DNA of 64,000 nucleotides from NCBI RefSeq assembly GCF_056746865.1, contig NZ_CM163382.1; one strand, 5' to 3'. Shown piece by piece: positions 49,175 to 58,061 of this stretch (position 1 is its first letter; each line of letters starts with the position of its first letter). The notes under the pieces were generated by a model. It saw only the letters and a program-made list of their open reading frames with translations, ran no database searches and was not told where the DNA came from. The position numbers and the translations under genes were made by a program.

Positions 49175-49737
49175 GCGTAAATATGATATATCCGGAAATT
49201 ACAGGCAAAAGCGGCGAGCATTTACGTCTAAAAACGCTGGAAGCAGTCTGGATCCAGGGGAAATTACGGATGTGGGGGCGGTGGCCGTATATTGGCGGCG
49301 GTAAGACGGGAAATATGTTCAACCAATTACTGACCTCTAAAAAGCTGACAAAAACGGCAATTAACGAGGCGCTCCGGAGGATGAAAAAAGCTGGTCTGGA
49401 CAAACCTGAACTTGAGGCTTTTTTGCGGGATATGATCAACGGCAATCAAAAAAGCTGGCTGGCACATTGTACCGATTCAGAGGCGTTAATAATCGACAGG
49501 GTTATTGGTGAAGTCCTGGCAGGCTATCCCGGGCTGCTCAATGTCCTGAGTCAGCGTTATGTGGGGCGGGGGATGACTAAGCGCAAAATGGCTGAACTGC
49601 TGAATGATGCACACCCGGAATGGAGTTTAAGAACCTGTGAAAGACGCATTGAGCATTGGCTAAAGGTGGCAGAATTTATTTTGTACAAACCAATGGTTAT
49701 GGCTTTTGGTATAGAGAAAAAAGTTATTGCTTTTTGA
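49171..49737 (+). CDS. putative late antiterminator Q
   Basis: 188-aa ORF after rusA and just upstream of a strong intrinsic terminator (tR'-like), the canonical Q position. Confidence 0.65.
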   Translation: MSVNMIYPEITGKSGEHLRLKTLEAVWIQGKLRMWGRWPYIGGGKTGNMFNQLLTSKKLTKTAINEALRRMKKAGLDKPELEAFLRDMINGNQKSWLAHCTDSEALIIDRVIGEVLAGYPGLLNVLSQRYVGRGMTKRKMAELLNDAHPEWSLRTCERRIEHWLKVAEFILYKPMVMAFGIEKKVIAF

Positions 49738-49813
49738 CGTAAAAACTGCTTCAATTCCGGTACGCTTCGCAAAGCTGTACCACGAGGCGAATAGCAGACA
49801 TGGACATTTGAAA

Positions 49814-49838
49814 GAGCCCGCTTTTTGCGGGTTTTTTT
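49814..49838 (+). terminator. intrinsic terminator (tR'-like) downstream of Q
   Basis: gagcccgc-tttt-gcggg followed by T7. Confidence 0.65.
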
Positions 49839-50159
49839 ATGCCTGAAAAACGGCACAGAACATTAAACGCGCTGGTGGTTGCGAATACCGGTCTTTCAGC
49901 TTGCTGGCTTTTCCGACAAGAGTTATTGGTATGTTACGTTAACCAGAAAAGGGAAAAAGACATGCTAAAACAGCAGGATATGACCGAAACCGCCAGAGTG
50001 GTGTTTAATGAGTTAAGCGTCACCGAACCGGCGACAGTCGGGGAGATTGCACAGAATACTTACCTTTCACGCGAACGCTGCCAGTTAATACTGACCCAGC
50101 TTGTTATGGCGGGTCTGGCAGACTATCAGTTTGGTTGTTACAGACACCTTCAGTCCTGA
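49839..50159 (+). CDS. hypothetical protein
   Basis: Track ORF of 106 aa; a likelier start is the internal MLKQQD... after AAAGGGAAAAAGAC. Confidence 0.35.
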   Translation: MPEKRHRTLNALVVANTGLSACWLFRQELLVCYVNQKREKDMLKQQDMTETARVVFNELSVTEPATVGEIAQNTYLSRERCQLILTQLVMAGLADYQFGCYRHLQS

Positions 50160-50295
50160 AGGCTTTTTTATTTGTGGTAAATGGGCGGCTGGTGGGTGTG
50201 GTGGTAGACTGGCCCCCTGAATCTCCAGACAACCAATATCACTTATTTAAGTGATAGTCTTAATACTAGTTTTTAGACTAGTCATTGGAGAACAG

Positions 50296-50661
50296 ATGAT
50301 TGATGTCTTAGGGCCGGAGAAACGCAGACGGCGTACCACACAGGAAAAGATCGCAATTGTTCAGCAGAGCTTTGAACCGGGGATGACGGTCTCCCTCGTT
50401 GCCCGGCAACATGGTGTAGCAGCCAGCCAGTTATTTCTCTGGCGTAAGCAATACCAGGAAGGAAGTCTTACTGCTGTCGCCGCCGGAGAACAGGTTGTTC
50501 CTGCCTCTGAACTTGCTGCCGCCATGAAGCAGATTAAAGAACTCCAGCGCCTGCTCGGCAAGAAAACGATGGAAAATGAACTCCTCAAAGAAGCCGTTGA
50601 ATATGGACGGGCAAAAAAGTGGATAGCGCACGCGCCCTTATTGCCCGGGGATGGGGAGTAA
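50296..50661 (+). CDS. insC: IS2 transposase OrfA (InsC)
   Basis: [53 protein letters not shown]... matches recalled InsC. Confidence 0.95.
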
Positions 50662-51524
50662 GCTTAGTCAGCCGTTGTCTCCGGGTGTCGCGTGCGCAGT
50701 TGCACGTCATTCTCAGACGAACCGATGACTGGATGGATGGCCGCCGCAGTCGTCACACTGATGATACGGATGTGCTTCTCCGTATACACCATGTTATCGG
50801 AGAGCTGCCCACGTATGGTTATCGTCGGGTATGGGCGCTGCTTCGCAGACAGGCAGAACTTGATGGTATGCCTGCGATCAATGCCAAACGTGTTTACCGG
50901 ATCATGCGCCAGAATGCGCTGTTGCTTGAGCGAAAACCTGCTGTACCGCCATCGAAACGGGCACATACAGGCAGAGTGGCAGTGAAAGAAAGTAATCAGC
51001 GATGGTGCTCTGACGGGTTCGAGTTCCGCTGTGATAACGGAGAAAAACTGCGAGTCACGTTCGCGCAGGACTGCTGTGACCGTGAGGCACTGCACTGGGC
51101 GGTCACTACGGGCGGCTTCAACAGTGAAACAGTACAGGACGTCATGCTGGGAGCGGTGGAACGCCGCTTCGGCAACGAGCTTCCGGCGTCTCCAGTAGAG
51201 TGGCTGACGGATAATGGTTCATGCTACCGGGCTAATGAAACACGGCAGTTTGCCCGGATGTTGGGGCTTGAACCGAAGAGCACGGCGGTGCGGAGTCCGG
51301 AGAGTAACGGCATAGCAGAGAGCTTCGTGAAAACGATAAAGCGTGACTACATCAGTGTCATGCCCAAACCAGACGGGTTAACGGCAGCAAAGAACCTTGC
51401 AGAGGCGTTCGAGCATTATAACGAATGGCATCCGCATAGTGCACTGGGTTATCGCTCGCCACGGGAATATCTACGGCAGCAAGCCAGTAATGGGTTAAGT
51501 GATAACAGGTGTCTGGAAATATAG
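50619..51524 (+). CDS. insD: IS2 transposase OrfB (InsD; expressed as OrfAB fusion by -1 frameshift)
   Basis: 301-aa DDE transposase overlapping insC in the -1 frame. Confidence 0.95.
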
Positions 51525-51823
51525 GGGCAAATCCAGGTGGTTGTTGCTTTCCCGTTGCTGAAAAAGAAAACGCCAGACTGTTAGCCGGGTATCAGTTATC
51601 TGGAGAAATTTTTAAATACCTCACAATTCAGGCGGTTGACTGTTGTCTGGTTTGCGGGGAGTTTGTTAAAAGAAACTGGCATGGTGAATCCCCCTGTGCG
51701 GAGGGGCAATCAGCAACTGGTGTTTTGTCACCGACCCTTATCCTTTCTGTGCGGGTTCAGGTGCTGATACTGAACTCACCGGGAGGCACCCGGCATCATG
51801 CAATGGCACATAGCGCCACTCTC

Positions 51824-51859
51824 CAGCCCCTCTCCGGAGGGGCTGTTTATATTGATTTT
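51824..51859 (+). terminator. candidate intrinsic terminator
   Basis: 9-bp stem cagcccctc / gaggggctg with loop tccg, followed by a T-rich run. Confidence 0.5.
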
Positions 51860-51879
51860 GTCAGATGTGAGTAAACTCC

Positions 51880-52215
51880 TTATGGACTTTGTTGTTTTAG
51901 TCCATAAGGACATATTTGCAGAGTGCAACGGTTATTAAAGCATTCATTCAATACGTTATCTGTATTTGTAGGACATTCCTGGCTGTTTTTGATTAAATTC
52001 CAGAATGTTTTATTGAATGGTACTACGTTGTAAATGGTTAAAGGTAGCACTTTGTTATTGAGCATGATACCTGTGTGAGTCAGTGTAAATATACTTTCAG
52101 GAGGTAAGAAAGCATCCGATTGATACCAGATTATTAATTTTATTTTACTCCATATGACTGAAAAAGATATTCCGCATGATGGCTGGATAACTGTATCAAT
52201 CACAATCCACTTCAT
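51880..52215 (-). CDS. hypothetical protein encoded antisense to late transcription in an AT-rich segment
   Basis: 111-aa ORF; local GC markedly lower than flanks; 12-bp-stem hairpin (51877-51910) at its 3' end. Confidence 0.4.
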   Translation of the reverse strand: MKWIVIDTVIQPSCGISFSVIWSKIKLIIWYQSDAFLPPESIFTLTHTGIMLNNKVLPLTIYNVVPFNKTFWNLIKNSQECPTNTDNVLNECFNNRCTLQICPYGLKQQSP

Positions 52216-52475
52216 TTAGTTTCCTTGTTTATGTCTTGCTGGTGATGTTCTGAAAAGTATAAATGATATTTTTGAATGTAAACCATAGAGCAGAATTATT
52301 TTTCTGATGTTGTTTATTGTTTATTTAAATGCAGGGTGGTTTATATCTCGTCTTGTAGTTTATCCATGCATATCTGCTTGATGATGAGGTTTTTATTTAA
52401 GGTATGGTTTTGTGTTTTTTCTGTATTACATGTCAGGTATTTTAAAGAATTATTTTTCAGATGGTGGAAAGAACC

Positions 52476-54437
52476 ATGGCATTTAAACACTATGATGTTG
52501 TCAGGGCGGCATCGCCGTCAGACCTTGCGAAACGACTGACACAAAAACTGAAGGAGGGGTGGCAGCCATTTGGCAGTCCGGTGGCCATCACGCCTTATAC
52601 CCTGATGCAGGCCATTGCGGCGGAAGGTGATGTCACCACACCTGTGGTGGTGAAGCCGTCGGATGGAGAAGGCGCAGTTATCAGCACCACCAGCAACCCG
52701 GAGTATTACTTTGTTGTTGCCCTGGCCGGGCAGTCAAACGGTATGGCGTATGGTGAAGGGCTTCCGCTGCCGGAGACATATGACCGTCCGGACCCGCGTA
52801 TTAAACAGCTGGCGCGTCGCAGCACTGTCACGCCGGGTGGTGCGTCCTGTAACTACAATGACATTATTCCTGCGGACCACTGCCTGCATGATGTTCAGGA
52901 TTTGAGTAAGTTTTCACACCCGAAAGCCAGCGCAGCTCAGTATGGATGCGTGGGGCAGGGATTACATATCGCGAAGAAATTGTTGCCGTTTATTCCGGCG
53001 AATGCCGGTATTCTTCTGGTTCCGTGCTGCCGTGGTGGTTCTGCATTTTTGGCGGGCGATGAAGGTACCTTCAGCGAATCCACCGGCGCAAGCGAGACCT
53101 CGGCACGCTGGGGTGTAGATAAGCCACTGTACAAGGACCTGCTTACCCGTACTCAGGCCGCACTGAAGGCCAACCCTAAAAATATTCTGCTTGCAGTGGT
53201 CTGGATGCAGGGCGAGTTTGATTTGAAACAGGGTGCATACGCCACTCAGCCGGGGCTGTTTGATTCCATGGTGGAAAAATATCGTTCTGACCTGTCGGAA
53301 TTCGGAGGTCAGTGTCTCGGGGGCTCTCCGTCATCAGTTCCCTGGATTTGTGGCGACACGACCTACTACTGGAAGCAGACTTATTCTTCGCAATACGATG
53401 CGGTGTATGGTGCATACAAGACGAAATCCGCAAAAAAAATCTTCTTTGTGCCGTTTATGACGGATGAAAACGGGCGAAATGTGGGTACCAACGAGCCGTC
53501 AGAAGATCCGGATGTTGCGGATATTGGGTATTACGGAGCCGGTGGTCGAACGGACGCCAAAACCTGGACGACGGCTGACCGTAAAACGCATTTTGGATCA
53601 TGGGCACGTCGTGGGATTATTTCCGACCGTCTGGCAACGGCGATTCTTGTGCATGCCGGGAGAAACGCTGAATTCATTACCGGAAAACAGCCTGATACGG
53701 TGAAGCCCACCGGACCTTCCGGTGAAGGTACGGAGAGAGAGCCGGGAGCCCCGGTCAGTAACCGAACCCTGATGAGTCTGCTGGCGTCCGGCGAAGACCT
53801 GGCATCACAGGGCTGGCGCTATTATCACAAACCGGCGAGCGGAGACAATGTTAACAAAAACATTGCTGAAGCGGTGGTCAGTGATGCGGGGGCTACGGGA
53901 GGTAAGGCCCTGCAACTGAATAAACCGGAAAACCACATCTGGTTTCTGGAGCATGATGCAGCCGGACAGGGAGTGGAGTTACTGAAGAAGGGGGGACGTG
54001 TGAGCGTACGGTTTAAGTTGCCGGGTTCACTGGTGCCGAATCAGTTTGCCCTGGGCATTTACTGGCAGTTGTCGTCCCTGCCGGAGGGAGTGACGCTGGC
54101 AGAGGAAGGCAACGACATGCTGATGTCCTTCTTTCTGCAGACGGATGCGACGAACCTGAACGCGATGCACCACAAGAAGCCGAATGCGAAGCTGGAAACG
54201 TTCGGGGTCTTTGATAACGGATGGCACACACTGGCTTTTGAGTTTGCCGGAAACAACAGCATTCAGGTGACGCCGGTACTGGATGAGAAACGGGGGACGC
54301 CGTTCACACTGGTGAAATCTCCGGCATCAGGGGCGGCGGACAAACTGCAACTGACAGGCATATCAAAGGCGGCGACATATACGCTGCTGATTGACAGTGT
54401 GAAGGTGGAAGTGAACAACGCGGACATCGCGGCATGA
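52476..54437 (+). CDS. nanS-p: NanS-p-type sialate O-acetylesterase (DUF1737 N-terminus plus SASA/SGNH-like esterase domain)
   Basis: Product begins MAFKHYDVVRAASPSDLAKRL...; large ORF in the position downstream of the stx slot in 933W-type phages; assignment from recall. Confidence 0.75.
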   Translation: MAFKHYDVVRAASPSDLAKRLTQKLKEGWQPFGSPVAITPYTLMQAIAAEGDVTTPVVVKPSDGEGAVISTTSNPEYYFVVALAGQSNGMAYGEGLPLPETYDRPDPRIKQLARRSTVTPGGASCNYNDIIPADHCLHDVQDLSKFSHPKASAAQYGCVGQGLHIAKKLLPFIPANAGILLVPCCRGGSAFLAGDEGTFSESTGASETSARWGVDKPLYKDLLTRTQAALKANPKNILLAVVWMQGEFDLKQGAYATQPGLFDSMVEKYRSDLSEFGGQCLGGSPSSVPWICGDTTYYWKQTYSSQYDAVYGAYKTKSAKKIFFVPFMTDENGRNVGTNEPSEDPDVADIGYYGAGGRTDAKTWTTADRKTHFGSWARRGIISDRLATAILVHAGRNAEFITGKQPDTVKPTGPSGEGTEREPGAPVSNRTLMSLLASGEDLASQGWRYYHKPASGDNVNKNIAEAVVSDAGATGGKALQLNKPENHIWFLEHDAAGQGVELLKKGGRVSVRFKLPGSLVPNQFALGIYWQLSSLPEGVTLAEEGNDMLMSFFLQTDATNLNAMHHKKPNAKLETFGVFDNGWHTLAFEFAGNNSIQVTPVLDEKRGTPFTLVKSPASGAADKLQLTGISKAATYTLLIDSVKVEVNNADIAA

Positions 54438-54573
54438 TAAAAAAAGCCGCCAGCGGCAGGAATGGAAGCTGGCGGAGGTAATCCCAATGGAGAATGTAAA
54501 GAAAAGATGCTTTCGACATCAATCATTTCTAAATGAAAACAGTTCTCATTGTCAACCATAACGGTAAGAAATT

Positions 54574-54756
54574 ATGACATTTATTCATCAGGTAATGCTG
54601 TACTTCTGTATGGCAGTTTGTGTTATGTATCTTCTTTCGGGTGGGTACAGGGCAGTGCGCGATTTCTGGCGCAGGCAGATTGATAAAAGGGCCGCTGAGA
54701 GAATCAGCGCCAGTCAGTCAGCCGGAAGCAAACCCGAAGATCCGCTCATTCCGTAG
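54574..54756 (+). CDS. hypothetical small membrane protein
   Basis: 60-aa ORF with hydrophobic N-terminal segment. Confidence 0.3.
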   Translation: MTFIHQVMLYFCMAVCVMYLLSGGYRAVRDFWRRQIDKRAAERISASQSAGSKPEDPLIP

Positions 54757-54793
54757 TCACTTTCTTGACAACACCTTTCAACGAGAAAATCCC

Positions 54794-55039
54794 ATGTCAG
54801 AAATCACATCCCTGGTCACTGCTGAGGCAGTGAAGGAAGTCCTGCGCTCTGAAGAAGTCCTGAGCGCACTGAAACAGAAACTCCGCCAGAACCTTGAGTC
54901 GCGTCTTGATGCAGAAGTGGATGCCATTCTGGATGAGCTGCTGGGCGTACCAGCGGTTCCGGAGCCGGAAGGTATCGCGGGTGACGGGAGTGCTTCAGAT
55001 GGCGGTGAACCCACACCTGACAGCGACATGATGATGTAA
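54794..55039 (+). CDS. hypothetical acidic protein
   Basis: 81-aa product [23 protein letters not shown]...; internal ATG of track ORF 54620-55039. Confidence 0.4.
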   Translation: MSEITSLVTAEAVKEVLRSEEVLSALKQKLRQNLESRLDAEVDAILDELLGVPAVPEPEGIAGDGSASDGGEPTPDSDMMM

Positions 55040-55115
55040 GCCTGCGCAAGGGACCATCGGTGTGTGCCGGTGGTCTTTATATTGTTGTGAGCTTCCGGAT
55101 AACGGGAGACGGGGT

Positions 55116-55331
55116 ATGTACCAGATGGAAAAAATCACAACAGGTGTGTCATACACCACGTCAGCGGTGGGAACGGGCTACTGGTTCCTGCAGTTGCTGG
55201 ACAGGGTTTCCCCGTCTCAGTGGGCGGCAATAGGCGTGCTGGGGAGTCTGCTGTTTGGGCTGCTGACGTACCTGACTAACCTGTATTTCAAAATCAAAGA
55301 GGACCGGCGTAAGGCGGCGCGGGGAGAGTAA
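55116..55331 (+). CDS. S: pinholin (phage 21 S-like class II holin) with dual-start motif
   Basis: [71 protein letters not shown] closely resembles recalled S21; GGGAGA RBS. Confidence 0.85.
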   Translation: MYQMEKITTGVSYTTSAVGTGYWFLQLLDRVSPSQWAAIGVLGSLLFGLLTYLTNLYFKIKEDRRKAARGE

Positions 55332-55335
55332 AGTG

Positions 55336-56226
55336 ATGAATAAAAAATATGAACTGGTTGTTAAGGGGATAAATAATTACGGGGATAAGGTTACTGTTAC
55401 TGTGAAGCCGGAAGGTGACGGGCAAGCGTCGCTGTTGTTGCCAGATGTGGCGATTAGTCTTGACCGTACTGAAGGTGCCACGCTGGAGTTTTACGAAGCT
55501 GAGGCGAAAAAGCAGGCGAAGCAGTTTTTCATGGATGTTGCTGCCGGGTTATGTGAATGGAACGAACCGTTGCCGGAAAAGCGCCCCGTAATTTTAGAGG
55601 CGCAGGATGTGTTGATAACCTACAAAGGAAAGCTACCGGGAAGAATTACTTGTTCTCTGAAGATGCCGCCGTCAACACTGCGGTCAGAAAAAGATGATGT
55701 TGAATCACGTATTGAAAAACTGGAGAGCTACGTCGTTGAGCTGAATAAGAAATGGTCGATATTGGTGCCTTCTGGCGATGAAAAGCAGTTTGCTGCGTTT
55801 GACGATTATTGTCGGAAAGTGATGAGCAGAAATCTCGCAGAGTGTTTCAGTATTCATAATGATAATTTCAGTGACCCGGAATGGGAGTGTAACCGGCCAT
55901 CCTTTGTTGTATCCGGTGATGCTGGGAAAATAACCATCTCAGAAAATGGGAAAGTAACACCTCCATCGCACCAGCACAGTGAGGAGCTCATTGAATTTGC
56001 CATTGATTACCTGAAGAACAATAAAAAGCAGGGGCTGATGAAGCGCGTTGGCCGTTGCATGGGATATCTTCAGGTAGCCGCTGAGATTGAAGCGCTGGCC
56101 AGTGGTGCTGATAAGGATGCAATTGTGCGGGAGGCTCTTCTTCGTGATTTTAATACTCCACCCTTTAAAAAAGTGCCGGCTTACTGGCTTCATCCGGGGC
56201 TGACTTATCTTAAAGTGCGTATTTAG
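55336..56226 (+). CDS. hypothetical 297-aa cytoplasmic protein inserted between holin and endolysin
   Basis: Long ORF with no signal peptide or TM segment, starting 2-5 nt after the holin stop and ending 36 nt before the endolysin start; GTG at 55333 is an alternative start. Confidence 0.6.
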   Translation: MNKKYELVVKGINNYGDKVTVTVKPEGDGQASLLLPDVAISLDRTEGATLEFYEAEAKKQAKQFFMDVAAGLCEWNEPLPEKRPVILEAQDVLITYKGKLPGRITCSLKMPPSTLRSEKDDVESRIEKLESYVVELNKKWSILVPSGDEKQFAAFDDYCRKVMSRNLAECFSIHNDNFSDPEWECNRPSFVVSGDAGKITISENGKVTPPSHQHSEELIEFAIDYLKNNKKQGLMKRVGRCMGYLQVAAEIEALASGADKDAIVREALLRDFNTPPFKKVPAYWLHPGLTYLKVRI

Positions 56227-56262
56227 TGGGCCAGGGACAGCGGCTGAATATTTAATATATCC

Positions 56263-56796
56263 ATGAACACCAAAATCAAATACGGCCTGTCGGCTGCCGT
56301 TCTGGCGCTGATTGCCGCTGGTGCGCCTGCGCCTGACATTCTCGACCAGTTTCTGGATGAAAAGGAAGGCAACCACACCACGGCATACCGTGATGGTGCA
56401 GGTATCTGGACCATCTGCCGTGGTGCCATCATGGTGGATGGCAAACCTGTCGTTCCGGGCATGAAGTTGTCGAAGGAAAAATGCGACCAGGTTAACGCCA
56501 TTGAGCGTGATAAAGCGCTGGCGTGGGTGGAGAAAAACATCAGAGTGCCGCTGACCGAACCCCAGAAAGCGGGGATCGCGTCATTCTGTCCGTACAACAT
56601 TGGTCCCGGTAAGTGTTTCCCGTCGACGTTTTACAGACGAATTAATGCAGGTGATCGAAAAGGTGCCTGCGAAGCGATTCGCTGGTGGATTAAGGACGGT
56701 GGCAGAGACTGCCGTATTCGTTCAAACAACTGTTACGGTCAGGTATCCCGTCGTGACCAGGAGAGCGCGCTGGCGTGCTGGGGTATCGACAGATAA
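56263..56796 (+). CDS. R: SAR-endolysin (T4 lysozyme-like muramidase with N-terminal signal-anchor-release domain)
   Basis: Gly/Ala-rich hydrophobic N-terminus SAAVLALIAAGAPAP followed by lysozyme-like core. Confidence 0.85.
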   Translation: MNTKIKYGLSAAVLALIAAGAPAPDILDQFLDEKEGNHTTAYRDGAGIWTICRGAIMVDGKPVVPGMKLSKEKCDQVNAIERDKALAWVEKNIRVPLTEPQKAGIASFCPYNIGPGKCFPSTFYRRINAGDRKGACEAIRWWIKDGGRDCRIRSNNCYGQVSRRDQESALACWGIDR

Positions 56797-56952
56797 GCAG
56801 AATATTTTGCTGAAAAATGAGGAATGGCCACGCGGGCGGATAACACGAAATCCTGCGAACTGGCGAAACGTAAGTGAATAAAAGTAAAAACCCCGTTTGT
56901 TGGCACCAAGCGAGGTTTTGTGTTTCTGACCTTGAGTAAGGCAAGGGAGAAC

Positions 56953-57135
56953 ATGGCGAAGTGTAAACGAATTCTGTTGAGGTTGACTATGAAAAATGGC
57001 CTTGAACTGAAAGCGCCTGTAACTGATGACATCAGCAGAGCACTGGCTTTTGCCATTAAGTGGGTGGCGGTCGGTGTTGCTGTGTCCCCGATGCTGTATG
57101 GGCTGGCAAAACTGGTCATTGCGTTGAAATCGTGA
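56953..57135 (+). CDS. hypothetical small protein with C-terminal TM segment
   Basis: 60-aa ORF with GGGAGA RBS, located between R and Rz. Confidence 0.4.
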   Translation: MAKCKRILLRLTMKNGLELKAPVTDDISRALAFAIKWVAVGVAVSPMLYGLAKLVIALKS

Positions 57136-57149
57136 AGGGAGGATTAAGC

Positions 57150-57281
57150 ATGTCAGACAAACTCATAACGCTGGCGAAGATCCTCTGTGTAATTGTCGGC
57201 ATTTCATTTTCACTAATGCTGGTTGCTCTTTTTCTTTCCATGGCCTGGATGATGTTGTCTTCGTCGGGGTTGCTGGGGTGA
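57150..57281 (+). CDS. hypothetical 43-aa single-TM protein
   Basis: ATG after GGGAGGATTAAGC; stop lies 12 nt upstream of the Rz ATG. Confidence 0.4.
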   Translation: MSDKLITLAKILCVIVGISFSLMLVALFLSMAWMMLSSSGLLG

Positions 57282-57292
57282 ACATAAACCGA

Positions 57293-57751
57293 ATGCTTTC
57301 CGCGTTTATCGTTATTCTGCTGGTGGCCTGTGGTGCGCTGTGGATGGCAACAGACCATTACCGTGATAACGCGATTACCTACAAAGCGCAGCGCGATAAC
57401 AAAGCCAGTGAACTGAAGCTGGCGAACGCAACCATTACTGATATGCAGGTGCGCCAGCGCGATGTTGCTGCGCTCGATGCAAAATACTCGAGGGAATTAG
57501 CCGATGCGAGAGCTGAAAATGAAACTCTTCGCGCTGACGTTGCCGCTGGTCGTAAGCGCCTGCGGATCAACGCCACCTGTCCAGGCTCCGTGCGTGAAGC
57601 CCCCACCACCTCCGGCGTGGATAATGCAACCGGCCCCCAACTGGCAGACACCGTTACACGGGATTATTTCACCCTCAGAGAGCGGCTGATGACGATGCAC
57701 AAGCAACTGGAAGGGGCACAGGACTATATCCGCACTCAGTGCCTGAAATAA
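57293..57751 (+). CDS. Rz: i-spanin Rz
   Basis: ...[49 protein letters not shown]... closely resembles lambda Rz; GTG at 57278 is an alternative start. Confidence 0.85.
   Translation: MLSAFIVILLVACGALWMATDHYRDNAITYKAQRDNKASELKLANATITDMQVRQRDVAALDAKYSRELADARAENETLRADVAAGRKRLRINATCPGSVREAPTTSGVDNATGPQLADTVTRDYFTLRERLMTMHKQLEGAQDYIRTQCLK
57519..57689 (+). CDS. Rz1: o-spanin Rz1 (lipoprotein embedded in the +1 frame of Rz)
   Basis: [15 protein letters not shown] lipobox followed by a proline-rich segment. Confidence 0.75.
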   Translation: MKLFALTLPLVVSACGSTPPVQAPCVKPPPPPAWIMQPAPNWQTPLHGIISPSESG

Positions 57752-58061
57752 GTTTTGTTGATGCGCCGTATCGTCGCTATATTCCCTCATTAACAGAGAC
57801 CGCAGCCCGACAGGGAGACTCCTCTGCGCGAGTGTGCGGGGATAATTAAAAACGATGCACACCGGGTTTTTACCGCGTTAATGATTCGCGGGTTTATCCC
57901 GGTGCGATGGTGGAAGAAACAGGAAGCTGTATTACAGAAAGTGCTACTACTGTATCCCGATGCGATGTATGTAATGTGAGTCAGATAATGGCACAGGATG
58001 TGGTGATGTGGCAGTCTGGAACACAGGATATATTGTCAGAATAAGACCCGTAGGAATAAAA

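Larger units (their letters stand above)
50205..51535 (+). mobile_element. IS2 (IS3 family), 1331 bp, flanked by 5-bp target duplication GGTGG
   Basis: Left end TAGACTGGCCCCCTGAATCTCCAGACAACC and right end ...TATAGGGGCAAATCCA; GGTGG at 50200-50204 and 51536-51540. Confidence 0.95.

Noticed and set aside
51509-51874. 121-aa ORF spanning the right end of IS2
   Set aside because: Starts inside IS2 and reads across the insertion boundary; an artefact of the insertion rather than a gene, although the downstream part may be a remnant of a disrupted host-phage ORF.
49740-52460. Shiga toxin genes and phage tRNA genes
   Set aside because: Looked for StxA/StxB-like ORFs and cloverleaf-like tRNA sequences in the Q-to-esterase interval; none recognised by eye. 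tRNAscan or BLAST would be decisive.
55062-55115. Upstream in-frame extension of the holin
   Set aside because: GGGAGA RBS is positioned for the ATG at 55116 and the MYQM dual-start matches S21-type pinholins; the extension has no RBS.
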